Virus record (IMG/VR): IMGVR_UViG_3300044632_001415
DNA: 64,000 bases
Reading direction: 5' to 3' (one strand)
DNA from: an uncultured virus (IMG/VR IMGVR_UViG_3300044632_001415)
Lineage: Duplodnaviria > Heunggongvirae > Uroviricota > Caudoviricetes
The position numbers and the translations under genes were made by a program. This document shows, in pieces, positions 29,111 to 37,572 of this stretch (position 1 is the first letter of the stretch; every line of letters starts with the position of its first letter). The notes under the pieces were generated by a model. The model had not been told where the DNA came from and made no database searches. It was given only the letters and a program-made list of their open reading frames with translations.

Positions 29111-29971
29111 TTAAATTATTCTTCCTCGATAAAGATTTTGCCAACGTGGGACCTTGATAATATCTACTTCGCGCCCCAAAGCTGCTATATAAATTGTTTC
29201 TGGACTCTCATTTAACCCTTTAAGCTCAGGTTGCAACTGATACCATTCCTCCATGTAATGGGAAGTCCAATCTTCGAACCTAGTTACGTTAGGGCTATGG
29301 TAGGTTACATGCGGGCCTACAAAATATTTATTCCATTTATTCACCCAGTTAACTACGCCTGCATTAATTCTTTCCTGTGCATCAGGATTTCTAGTGCTTG
29401 TGGCATCGTGAGAGACTACTACTGATGGATCAGCTACTATCTTCCAGCCACCTAATCTTATTCTAGTCTGGAAATCAACTTCTTCTTGATGCCCGATCTC
29501 TGTATCAAATCCACCGATTTCTTTGTATCGTTGACGATTTAAAATCCAACAAAATCCAACACCCCATAATATTTCCATATATCTTGTACGCTGTATAGGG
29601 TAAGCTCCACCATTAGGAAAAGCCATAGCGACTTCATGATTAGATTCTAGATAACTAGCCAATTTCTCATCCCAACCACGAGTAATAGCATACGCATCGT
29701 TGTCAAGATAGCCGACATTGTTAGTCTCTGCCCACTCCAGTATTTGATTGACTGCTCCGACATATCCAGTATTGTGATCTAAAAATCTTGGAATGATTCT
29801 TGAATCTTCATTAGCGTGTCTTTCAATAACTTCTCTGACACCTGGGTCAGTCGATGCGTTATCGACAACTAGAAAGCGCCAATCGGAAGTAGAGTTCTCT
29901 CTCATGTTAATAAGCATCATATTTAACTTCTGAGGATTATTATAACTAGCAGTGCCCATATCTATTCTCAT
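29111..29971 (-). CDS. glycosyltransferase family 2
   Basis: VVDNASTD, N.GY..A.N, YLDND, IGGFD, EEVDF..R. Confidence 0.88.
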   Translation of the reverse strand: MRIDMGTASYNNPQKLNMMLINMRENSTSDWRFLVVDNASTDPGVREVIERHANEDSRIIPRFLDHNTGYVGAVNQILEWAETNNVGYLDNDAYAITRGWDEKLASYLESNHEVAMAFPNGGAYPIQRTRYMEILWGVGFCWILNRQRYKEIGGFDTEIGHQEEVDFQTRIRLGGWKIVADPSVVVSHDATSTRNPDAQERINAGVVNWVNKWNKYFVGPHVTYHSPNVTRFEDWTSHYMEEWYQLQPELKGLNESPETIYIAALGREVDIIKVPRWQNLYRGRII

Positions 29972-30705
29972 GGCTTCACCCACCACTGTCCATTTTCATG
30001 ACGGACAAATCCTATTTTTACTAACATTGGATCCCATTCCCATTCATATTTATTATTAATAGCTAAGTGCATCGGGATAGAATTTCCATGCTCAGCGTCG
30101 CCTATTCCGAATGCGTTATTAGGAATGAACACACCGTTTTTCTTTAGGCAATTAAAAATAGCTAAAGCCCATTCATCTACGTTTACGACATGCTCGAGAA
30201 AATCTAGGGCGACAACACCGTCAAACTTATTGCTACCAATTGTTGGCGCAAAGCTATCAGTGAATAAAGTTTTGATATCTAGATCAGGGCGCTTGCTAAA
30301 TCGGTACTGTGCGAAGTTAGCTGTTTTACTATTTTCCAAATCATGGTATGTTGTCTTAATGCCCTGCTCGGCCATTCGCAAACTAAGAGTTCCAATTCCA
30401 TCACCAATGCTTAAAACATTCTTTTTTCCAGAATGAAATAAACCTAAGGAAATTCCCTCACACATACCCTTGTAATTAAAACCCTCATCTAAATGATAGG
30501 CGGATAGTTCCCATATATAAGAGTCAGTAGTTCTATACCAATTCAATAAAGAATTAGGATCATCTACATTAGTGCTGTTATCAATGAAATCTTTAGCCAC
30601 TTCATGATGATTTGCATGAAATCCAAGACTCAATCTATCTTTTGCATCCTTTAAACTTATTCCTAAAAATCCTGAAATAAGTTCTGCCTGGTTATCTATA
30701 TTCAT
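29968..30705 (-). CDS. SAM-dependent methyltransferase
   Basis: VLSIGDGIG, FDGVVALDFLEHV, LKKNG. Confidence 0.85.
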   Translation of the reverse strand: MNIDNQAELISGFLGISLKDAKDRLSLGFHANHHEVAKDFIDNSTNVDDPNSLLNWYRTTDSYIWELSAYHLDEGFNYKGMCEGISLGLFHSGKKNVLSIGDGIGTLSLRMAEQGIKTTYHDLENSKTANFAQYRFSKRPDLDIKTLFTDSFAPTIGSNKFDGVVALDFLEHVVNVDEWALAIFNCLKKNGVFIPNNAFGIGDAEHGNSIPMHLAINNKYEWEWDPMLVKIGFVRHENGQWWVKP

Positions 30706-31562
30706 TTTTTCACTTTCTCCCATAATAAATATGAGGACATTAATCCTTCTTCGTAGGAATCTATATACAATGACTTGCACCAAGTTGTATCTTTGGGTCT
30801 TGGAGCAATACCTTTAAAGTGCTCGTGAGATACACCCTTAATTATAGGGTTAATGCATCCGTGTACATTATACTTTAAATCTCGTGCTATAGCAAATCTG
30901 CTACACTTTATCGGAATCCCTAAATGAACTATTTTTTCTTTAGCGTTTTTAAAACCTAAAGCTCTATTCCAAAGAATCTTCGCGGCATCTTGTGCGAACA
31001 GTGGAGAGAAGAATCGATCATCAACTTGGAGCTGCACTTCATCTTCTATCATTGACTCTAAGGGATTCTTGCGACCAATATCTTGAAAAGGTCTTACTCC
31101 AATTACGAAAGTTAATCTACATATTTCTGTATTTTGATGAGCTAAAACTATATGTTCAGCAGTTAGTTTTTGTTTTCCATAATGAGTTAGAGGGTGCGCT
31201 ATATCAGTAGTATTGTAGCATGAGTTATCTCCGCTAAAAATACCTTGAGTACTTCCTTGTATTAAGTACTTATTATTCTTTGTCACCCAAGTGCATAGTG
31301 TTTTAACCAAGTCAACATTTACGCTTACATATTTTTGTGGATCTGATTCAACAACATCAACTCTATTTTCTCCAGCTAAATTAATAATTACGTCTGGATT
31401 TATAATATCTAAATCTTTTCGAACATCTTGATGATCAACATCTATTCCATACCATCCTGGGCTAGAAGTCTTTCTTGAATAGACTGCCTCAACATCTTCT
31501 GGCTGATTTATTTTCATATGTTGACCGACAATACCACCGGAACCTAATATAAGAACTTTCAT
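30702..31562 (-). CDS. RmlD-like NAD(P)-dependent sugar reductase (SDR)
   Basis: GSGGIVG, PDVIINLAG...VD..E, ST..IF.G, YGKQK (YxxxK), RPK; start trimmed to avoid the tRNA. Confidence 0.82.
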   Translation of the reverse strand: MKVLILGSGGIVGQHMKINQPEDVEAVYSRKTSSPGWYGIDVDHQDVRKDLDIINPDVIINLAGENRVDVVESDPQKYVSVNVDLVKTLCTWVTKNNKYLIQGSTQGIFSGDNSCYNTTDIAHPLTHYGKQKLTAEHIVLAHQNTEICRLTFVIGVRPFQDIGRKNPLESMIEDEVQLQVDDRFFSPLFAQDAAKILWNRALGFKNAKEKIVHLGIPIKCSRFAIARDLKYNVHGCINPIIKGVSHEHFKGIAPRPKDTTWCKSLYIDSYEEGLMSSYLLWEKVKK

Positions 31563-31588
31563 ACTTCCTTCTTTGTAGTAATATTTAG

Positions 31589-31679
31589 CGGAGAGGGTGG
31601 GATTTGAACCCACGGATATCTTTTCAGACATCGACATCTTAGCAGGATGTTCCATTCAACCGAACTCTGGCACCTCTCC
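31589..31679 (-). tRNA. tRNA-Ser(GCT)
   Basis: acceptor GGAGAGG/CCTCTCC, anticodon arm ACATC-CTGCTAA-GATGT, long variable arm, T-arm GTGGG-TTCAAAT-CCCAC, discriminator G; CCA not encoded (CTA follows). Confidence 0.93.
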
Positions 31680-31685
31680 AGATAT

Positions 31686-32444
31686 CTAGGAAACAATTCC
31701 TGGGCGCTCTACATCTTCCATTAATCTAGTTCGACTCCACGCACCACAAGAATTACAATACCATTGCTGATATGTTCCTATCTGGGTATAGCGAAGACCT
31801 CTGCGCTGAAGATCTTCGGACGCACATGTAGGACAGCTACATTCACCTGAATAAACATTCAAATTAGGATGGTTTGTCATCCATGGTCTTAACTTCATAT
31901 AGACTTTACGTAATAGATCAACATCTTGCTTTGCATACTTTGTCATTAACTTCCAGGACTTTATATCCCCACGCATGCAGCCAGCCCATGTTTCAAAGCC
32001 GCCAGTATCAACTTTTCTACCTAACCCTAAATGTTGGCCAAGATGGTCTAGTTTATTGCTATTAAACATAAAATATCTTCTTGCGATCTTTAATGTATCA
32101 ATTTGTTTTACTGGAGATGTAGGCCCTAAATTATGGTATACAAACCTAGCATTAGCTTTTCGCATATCAAATCTATCACCATTATGAGCGATAACAATAT
32201 CGGCTTCATTTATTAGGTCCCATAGCTTTTTTGTAACAAAAAAATCATTCTCTGGATTTTTTTCGTATGCGTCGGGGAAATCAATTAGGGAGCATACTTG
32301 TGTTTTGCCCTCCCCTTCCCATCTATATGAGACACAAAGTAGGTACCACTCTCTGTCGTGCTCGATAACATTCTGTTCGAAATGCCCCCATACATAACTT
32401 AAGTTTGGGGCTGTTTCTATATCGTAATAAAGTATCTTTGCCAT
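31686..32444 (-). CDS. DEDDy 3'-5' exonuclease (RNase H-like) with C-terminal Zn ribbon
   Basis: DIET, AHNGDRFD, IDTL, YAKQDV; CPTC...CNSC. Confidence 0.85.
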   Translation of the reverse strand: MAKILYYDIETAPNLSYVWGHFEQNVIEHDREWYLLCVSYRWEGEGKTQVCSLIDFPDAYEKNPENDFFVTKKLWDLINEADIVIAHNGDRFDMRKANARFVYHNLGPTSPVKQIDTLKIARRYFMFNSNKLDHLGQHLGLGRKVDTGGFETWAGCMRGDIKSWKLMTKYAKQDVDLLRKVYMKLRPWMTNHPNLNVYSGECSCPTCASEDLQRRGLRYTQIGTYQQWYCNSCGAWSRTRLMEDVERPGIVS

Positions 32445-32511
32445 AATAGCACCGTCTTTTCATTTGAGTAGTATCTCTTGAAAACTACATATAGCTATAC
32501 ATTATAACACA

Positions 32512-32553
32512 AATGGTGACGCAATGCTCATAATGTCACACTACGCCACCATT
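32512..32553 (-). terminator. hairpin, possible terminator
   Basis: minus strand AATGGTGGCGTAGTG / CATTGCGTCACCATT pairing with G-U wobbles. Confidence 0.5.
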
Positions 32554-32563
32554 ATATAAGTAA

Positions 32564-32770
32564 TTAATTGTTTAATATTTTTAATATTAAAAAAAATAAT
32601 TTCTGAAGCTGATCTTCCGTTGTGGATAATATAATCTCTTGATTATCGCCCAATATTATCTTGATAATATGGCCTTTTATCAATGAGCCATCTGTTGTTA
32701 TCATGGAAGTTTGATTTGTTATTTCTATATTTTTCATAGCTGGCATAAAGCCAGAAAAAACTTGATCCAT
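32564..32770 (-). CDS. hypothetical protein
   Basis: TAATG coupling with upstream gene. Confidence 0.55.
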   Translation of the reverse strand: MDQVFSGFMPAMKNIEITNQTSMITTDGSLIKGHIIKIILGDNQEIILSTTEDQLQKLFFLILKILNN

Positions 32771-33048
32771 TATTTTTTCTTTTTCTTTTTAAACGTCGCA
32801 ACGTTTTTTGGAGCTTGACCTTTTATGTCCTTCGAAGGAGTTCCTTGTGATCTTTTTCGTTGTACAGCGCTTTTTCTTTGAGAAGAAGACATAGAGTTAG
32901 CTTTTGCAACCGGTACACATTTTGCATAGCCGCCGCCCTTTCCGGATGTTCCACAAGGTTGCCATTTACCATTTTTTTTTGGTGCACCAATGTTAACCCA
33001 TTTCTGATTAAACCATTTAGTTAAACCAACACCTTTTGGTCCAGCCAT
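32770..33048 (-). CDS. small Lys-rich protein
   Basis: GLTKWF.QKWVNI...PCG...YAKCVP...KR; poly-K tail. Confidence 0.7.
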   Translation of the reverse strand: MAGPKGVGLTKWFNQKWVNIGAPKKNGKWQPCGTSGKGGGYAKCVPVAKANSMSSSQRKSAVQRKRSQGTPSKDIKGQAPKNVATFKKKKKK

Positions 33049-33054
33049 AGTATA

Positions 33055-33231
33055 TCACTTCTTTTTGCGAGGCGCTGAAGTAGTTTTCCAAGTCCCGCCC
33101 ATTGATTTATATTTCTTTGCAGCCCAAGCATTTGCGTATGCTGAAGGATAGACGTCAAATTTAGACTTAGCTTGTGACTTGGCCTGGCTCCACAGCTTTG
33201 GATTCTTTGGAACGTTTCTTTTTGTGGCCAT
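33055..33231 (-). CDS. small Lys-rich protein (58 aa, not in ORF track)
   Basis: MATKRNVPKNPKLWSQAKSQAKSKFDVYPSAYANAWAAKKYKSMGGTW...; TGATG coupling. Confidence 0.75.
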   Translation of the reverse strand: MATKRNVPKNPKLWSQAKSQAKSKFDVYPSAYANAWAAKKYKSMGGTWKTTSAPRKKK

Positions 33232-33536
33232 CAGTCTTGATCCTGATCGTATACCTGGTAAGAACTTCCTCCACTTGGTTTATCTTTATCCTTTAGTCCA
33301 TTTGCTGCAAGTACTCCAGACAGACATCCGGAAAGAAATAGTACAATTGGCACTAATAAGGAATCAATAAACGCTTTATCATTGGGGCTTTGTTGATCAA
33401 TTGGCTGTGTAACGAATACAAGCGCATACATTACGCCAATAACTATGACGGCAAAAGTAAATGCTAGGGTTGCTCCTACAAAGAAAACCATGCGAGCTTT
33501 TATTTCACTGTTTGTATATCTTTTCTTTTCATTCAT
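33231..33536 (-). CDS. two-TM membrane protein (holin-like/lysis accessory)
   Basis: two hydrophobic helices; downstream of endolysin. Confidence 0.6.
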   Translation of the reverse strand: MNEKKRYTNSEIKARMVFFVGATLAFTFAVIVIGVMYALVFVTQPIDQQSPNDKAFIDSLLVPIVLFLSGCLSGVLAANGLKDKDKPSGGSSYQVYDQDQD

Positions 33537-33724
33537 TGAGGTACACTCCCGTATATATCTTCTGGACATGTTCCAGAGGCATTGCAAATCGGTGGTTTAC
33601 AATCCGCACTCTCCCAATTAGCTGGATCTTGACATGGGTATCTATATGAATCTGTACATCCACTTAATAGCCCCATGCAAAACGCACCTAAAATAGCTAC
33701 TAATGTTAAAATTACTTTACGCAT
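33533..33724 (-). CDS. small Cys-rich lipoprotein
   Basis: signal peptide with lipobox LLSGC; four further Cys. Confidence 0.65.
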   Translation of the reverse strand: MRKVILTLVAILGAFCMGLLSGCTDSYRYPCQDPANWESADCKPPICNASGTCPEDIYGSVPQ

Positions 33725-34536
33725 CAGCCAAACATTTTCTTCCAAGTGACGGGACCCACAGAACCGTCGGCAGTTAAACCATTAGCAGTCTGCCATGCCT
33801 TAAGCGAGGCAACAGACTTAGGTCCGAAATCGCCATCAGCTTTCGCACCGATGAGTGCCTGAACGAGCATAGCGGGTGCGCCTTTTGAACCAAGTCCAAC
33901 TGGAGTACCCGGATAAGTAAATACCATTGGGCCAGCCTCTACTGCGCCACCAGAGGGCTTTAAGGCTTCAACTGGCGCTTGCACAGAACCATCAGGCGAA
34001 GCGTCACCTAGTGCATACTGCCAGTGCCAAGCTTCAAATTCTTTAGAGGCTGCGTTATTACCTTGGAGATAAAAACCATATTTAGGTGCGTTAGCACACA
34101 TCCACTCAAAGCATTTTCCGCCCATTGAGGTAAGTTTACCATTGACATCATAGCCAAGGTCAATAGCAAGACCCCATCCATGATTGGAGCCTTTAAGGCC
34201 AGTCGGGTCTGGGGCAGCTGAAGGAGCTTTACCTTTCTTTAACCACCAGGTCTTACCCTCATACTGACGAGTAACACCAGTGCCAGTGTCAGTTGTTACA
34301 TAGCGATCCATAAACATTGACAACTGACCTTGAAATGAGCGGTAGTCGCCAACATTCTTTAGCTTGAAGCCAGCAGCTAGTGCAGCGTCGTACATTTTAT
34401 TAAACTGTGCTGCCACTGGTGCATACATTTTTCCTCCAGTTTTTACTGAAGCAAGGACACTTTCGGCTAATTGGCCATTCTTGTACTGCTTAAGAGCAGT
34501 TGGGACGACTAGTTTTATGTAAGGGTACTGACTCAT
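33724..34536 (-). CDS. endolysin: M15 (VanY-like) Zn peptidase plus peptidoglycan-binding domain
   Basis: YRS, SNHGWGLAID, EAWHW; C-terminal ADGDFGP.....LKAWQ...GL.ADG.VGP.TW. Confidence 0.9.
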   Translation of the reverse strand: MSQYPYIKLVVPTALKQYKNGQLAESVLASVKTGGKMYAPVAAQFNKMYDAALAAGFKLKNVGDYRSFQGQLSMFMDRYVTTDTGTGVTRQYEGKTWWLKKGKAPSAAPDPTGLKGSNHGWGLAIDLGYDVNGKLTSMGGKCFEWMCANAPKYGFYLQGNNAASKEFEAWHWQYALGDASPDGSVQAPVEALKPSGGAVEAGPMVFTYPGTPVGLGSKGAPAMLVQALIGAKADGDFGPKSVASLKAWQTANGLTADGSVGPVTWKKMFG

Positions 34537-34550
34537 CTATTAATCTCCTG

Positions 34551-34760
34551 TTACTTTTTCTTATTTTTATTTGTTATTTTTTTCAAAGTCTTAGCAAAAT
34601 TCGCCTGCTGTACAGTTAGTTTACTGTATCTAGATGGATTTTTCGTAACTGCTGCAGCATACCCTGCTGGGGTTTTGCCAGCTTTTTTAGCCTTGGCCGT
34701 AAATGCCCCAGGTCTTTTAATGGCTTTTTGAATCCATTTTTTATCAGCTGGCTTTGCCAT
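34551..34760 (-). CDS. small Lys/Ala-rich protein
   Basis: WIQKAIKRPGAFTAKAK...ANFAKTLKK. Confidence 0.7.
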   Translation of the reverse strand: MAKPADKKWIQKAIKRPGAFTAKAKKAGKTPAGYAAAVTKNPSRYSKLTVQQANFAKTLKKITNKNKKK

Positions 34761-36159
34761 ATTTTCTATTCCTTTGATTAAAGATGAATATTGATATACC
34801 TATAGTAATCAAAAACGCGCCGATACTCATAGATGAACTACCGTCTTGCCCTGTCGTTGGAAGTGGGCCCTCCGGAGTATCTTGTGACCCATGATCATGA
34901 CTACTATGGTCGTGAATTGTTGTTGTGGTTTCCTCTACGATTATTTGTGGCATCGTTGTAGTATTTATAATAGTAGTTGTAGTTTCGGGTTCAGTTACGA
35001 CAGGGGCTTGAGTTGTAGTTGTTTCGGGAACTGTGGTTAGGGGGATAGTAGTGGGAGCAATCGTCGTTGTTGCAATAGTCGTAGTAGGCGCTGGCGCATC
35101 CCATGAAACCGTAATTGAGACAACTTTAACTACACCATTAACCGTTGCACTAGCGGTATAAACTGCCGTGCCCTGCGATGCCGTGTTGACAGTGATGTTA
35201 GCTATACCACTTGCATCAGTTGTTGCGGTAAAGGTTTGCCCTAAATCTGGACCAGAGAAAACTGTCATTGATACTGTAACGCCAGCCTGAGGAACGCCAG
35301 CTAAAGTTTGAGCCGTTGCTGTAATAGTAATTGGCTCACCTGCACGAGGGGTTGCAGGACTATATGATAGTACGAAAGAACTAGGAAGAGATACACTGCC
35401 ACCTCCAATGGAAACAGCCTTTCTAGAGTCGGATGCTTCTGGATATGGGTAGTCAACAAGAGTCTTTAATGTTCCTACATTGCCGGTGAAATACCCATGC
35501 CAGCACGCAGCTACAAGTGTATTTGTTAAGCCAAAATCGTTTACGCCATCAGTTGTAGCTTCTGGTCCACCATTGCACCCTCCATTATTATATATAGCGC
35601 CAGGTAAAAGTGCAGTCAGCCAACCGTATGATCCCATGTTTGCGAACAGACCGCCACCACCATTAACAAAGTCAGCTATTTTTTCTGCATTGGCTGTAAA
35701 TATGGCTTCAGTGCTGGATGAGCGACTCCAGTTATCTGGTATCCATAATACAGCTGGAGGATTAGAGGTAATTGTAGTACTAAAAAAACTGCTTATTTGT
35801 GAATCTGTAATATAAAAATCAATTATAGGAGCAGTAGGAAATTCAACTAAAAACTGTGCACTTAATTGACTAGCCCAGTTAGCCCCACATGAAGTGGTTG
35901 TTGCGTTAGATCCGACAATTGCAATGTGACCATTGTTTAGATTTCGCGCACCATCATGAACTTTTTTAAGAACTTTGGCTATGTATTGTCCAGTGCTTTC
36001 CCATCCTGAGTGACAAACTGGATCCATTCCATCTAATACGATTGGTCCGCCGCCACCACTAGTAGCCAATGCTACTGACGAATTACTAGCTGGATTTAAA
36101 AACAATCCAATACCTATTGTTACTAGCAATACTGATAAAATATTTTTAATTTTTGACAT
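34744..36159 (-). CDS. LPXTG cell-wall-anchored surface protein with Ig-like (Big_1-like) domain
   Basis: signal peptide; 'GVTV.......TTDASG.A'; Thr-rich stalk; LPTTG + hydrophobic segment + basic tail. Confidence 0.82.
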   Translation of the reverse strand: MSKIKNILSVLLVTIGIGLFLNPASNSSVALATSGGGGPIVLDGMDPVCHSGWESTGQYIAKVLKKVHDGARNLNNGHIAIVGSNATTTSCGANWASQLSAQFLVEFPTAPIIDFYITDSQISSFFSTTITSNPPAVLWIPDNWSRSSSTEAIFTANAEKIADFVNGGGGLFANMGSYGWLTALLPGAIYNNGGCNGGPEATTDGVNDFGLTNTLVAACWHGYFTGNVGTLKTLVDYPYPEASDSRKAVSIGGGSVSLPSSFVLSYSPATPRAGEPITITATAQTLAGVPQAGVTVSMTVFSGPDLGQTFTATTDASGIANITVNTASQGTAVYTASATVNGVVKVVSITVSWDAPAPTTTIATTTIAPTTIPLTTVPETTTTQAPVVTEPETTTTIINTTTMPQIIVEETTTTIHDHSSHDHGSQDTPEGPLPTTGQDGSSSMSIGAFLITIGISIFIFNQRNRKYGKAS

Positions 36160-36209
36160 ATCTCCCTCAATTTATTTAAGTTGTCCGCAGGAAATATAGT
36201 AATAGTATA

Positions 36210-36251
36210 AACAAAAAAGAGGGCTATGACTTTTTAGTCATAACCCTCTTT
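36210..36251 (-). terminator. Rho-independent terminator
   Basis: minus strand AAAGAGGGTTATGAC-loop-GTCATAGCCCTCTTT followed by T-run. Confidence 0.75.
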
Positions 36252-36267
36252 AATTAAAATGATTAAA

Positions 36268-36396
36268 TTACTTCTTCTTTTTCTTTTTAGCTATTGCAGC
36301 TTGTATAAAAGGGGGAAGTTTCTTTTGAGCTGGAGTGAGTCCAGTCATTTTTTTTGCAGCCATTTTCTTTGCTGGGCTTTTCTTTTTCATTGCCAT
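36268..36396 (-). CDS. tiny Lys-rich protein (42 aa, not in ORF track)
   Basis: GAGGA RBS; MAMKKKSPAKKMAAKKMTGLTPAQKKLPPFIQAAIAKKKKKK*. Confidence 0.7.
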   Translation of the reverse strand: MAMKKKSPAKKMAAKKMTGLTPAQKKLPPFIQAAIAKKKKKK

Positions 36397-36436
36397 AATT
36401 GTTCCTCTAATCTTAAACTAAGACTGAAAATTAATT

Positions 36437-36550
36437 TCAGTACATCTTTTTGCCACCCATTTTCTTTGAGCTTCCCATTTTTTTGGAACCGCCCATTTTT
36501 TTGGAACCCATTTTCTTGGAACCCGCAGCTTTCTTTTTCATCATTGCCAT
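36437..36550 (-). CDS. tiny Lys/Gly/Met repeat protein (37 aa, not in ORF track)
   Basis: GGGGTG RBS; MAMMKKKAAGSKKMGSKKMGGSKKMGSSKKMGGKKMY*. Confidence 0.7.
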   Translation of the reverse strand: MAMMKKKAAGSKKMGSKKMGGSKKMGSSKKMGGKKMY

Positions 36551-36552
36551 AA

Positions 36553-36816
36553 TTACACCCCCTTTGCCCTACTTTTATTTTCGCTTGACTTCTTATAGTG
36601 CCACATCATATGATCATGCATTTGATCATCTACTTTATCTACCTGTTCGTCAACATGATCTATTTTATGATGTAAATTAAGTATTTCATCCTTAACATCT
36701 ACTAGCATTGTCGCGACAATATTGTGATCACTTTTATTTTCTTTACGGCCCTTTTGGACTAGGGCTACAAGTATTCCGCCAATAGCGGTTATTATTGCAA
36801 CAATGGCAGCTTCCAT
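36553..36816 (-). CDS. single-TM coiled-coil protein (holin-like)
   Basis: MEAAIVAIITAIGGILVALV then ENKSDH...KIDHVDEQVDKVD...H..WH. Confidence 0.65.
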   Translation of the reverse strand: MEAAIVAIITAIGGILVALVQKGRKENKSDHNIVATMLVDVKDEILNLHHKIDHVDEQVDKVDDQMHDHMMWHYKKSSENKSRAKGV

Positions 36817-36817
36817 C

Positions 36818-37129
36818 TCAGGATCCCTTGACCCATTTTTTGGAAGGAGACTGAGTTTTACTGGGACTCCATTTAACTTTATTGGCCCAGTATGCTGCAG
36901 ACATAGGTCCTTTAGATATATTCTTAGCGTGGCGTGAGGCGAAAGCCTTCCTCTGACCAACAGTTTGGTTAGTTTTTACCCCCTGCTGGCCAAAACGAAT
37001 TGTTTTAACTTTACCGCCAGATTTAGCTACAACAATATGAGATTTACTTGGATGACTAGGAGTTCTTTTTGGTTTATTAAAACCACTTACTCCAGCTCTC
37101 GCTAAGCGTGGATCTTTTTTAGTTGCCAT
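36818..37129 (-). CDS. basic phage protein
   Basis: GFNKPKRTP.HP.KSH.VVAK.G...K.IRFGQQG...F..RH......SAAYWA..VKW. Confidence 0.75.
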   Translation of the reverse strand: MATKKDPRLARAGVSGFNKPKRTPSHPSKSHIVVAKSGGKVKTIRFGQQGVKTNQTVGQRKAFASRHAKNISKGPMSAAYWANKVKWSPSKTQSPSKKWVKGS

Positions 37130-37236
37130 TACTTTTTCTTTCTACGCTTTTTATTTTTTAAAATAGGACCATTAGACTTCTGGTTATTTGTACCCATTCT
37201 TGGTCCACTTATGTAAATAGATTTTTTAAAAGCCAT
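37129..37236 (-). CDS. tiny Lys-rich protein (35 aa, not in ORF track)
   Basis: MAFKKSIYISGPRMGTNNQKSNGPILKNKKRRKKK*; TAATG coupling on both sides. Confidence 0.6.
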   Translation of the reverse strand: MAFKKSIYISGPRMGTNNQKSNGPILKNKKRRKKK

Positions 37237-37408
37237 TATTTTTTACGTTTCTTTTCTAATCTATTTGCTGACGATATTGCAATAGCTATTGCCTGTTTAC
37301 GCGATTTGACAACAGGACCACCCTTACCAGAGTGCAACGCACCTTTACCAAATTCATCCATTACAGATGTAATTTTTTTTTGATAAGTTGTTTTTTTTTA
37401 TTTGCCAT
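37236..37408 (-). CDS. DUF6496-like basic protein, frameshifted in an A9 run or starting at 37361
   Basis: KITSVMDEFGKGALHSGKGGPVVKSRKQAIAIAIS; ATG at 37408 is one base out of frame. Confidence 0.6.
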
Positions 37409-37553
37409 TTTTACTGTTATTGTTTTTTGTCCACTGACTAGAGTAATGACCACCAGTTCTCTTCGTGTCAATGACATTCATTACAGAATCTTTAAGTAAT
37501 TTATAATAATTTTTTTCCGAGGATGTTTTACTTCCCCAACCTTTGTCGGCCAT
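37398..37553 (-). CDS. small protein (51 aa, not in ORF track)
   Basis: AAGGTGG RBS; MADKGWGSKTSSEKNYY...NGK*. Confidence 0.6.
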   Translation of the reverse strand: MADKGWGSKTSSEKNYYKLLKDSVMNVIDTKRTGGHYSSQWTKNNNSKNGK

Positions 37554-37572
37554 ATTTACCACCTTATAAAAG

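Noticed and set aside
31563..31655. N-terminal extension of the RmlD-like ORF
   Set aside because: It runs through the tRNA-Ser; the GxxGxxG motif and GAAGGAAG RBS support the start at 31562.
36817..36960. 5' extension of ORF 36553..36960
   Set aside because: Overlaps the better-supported 36818..37129 gene; the TM-first start at 36816 fits the operon packing.
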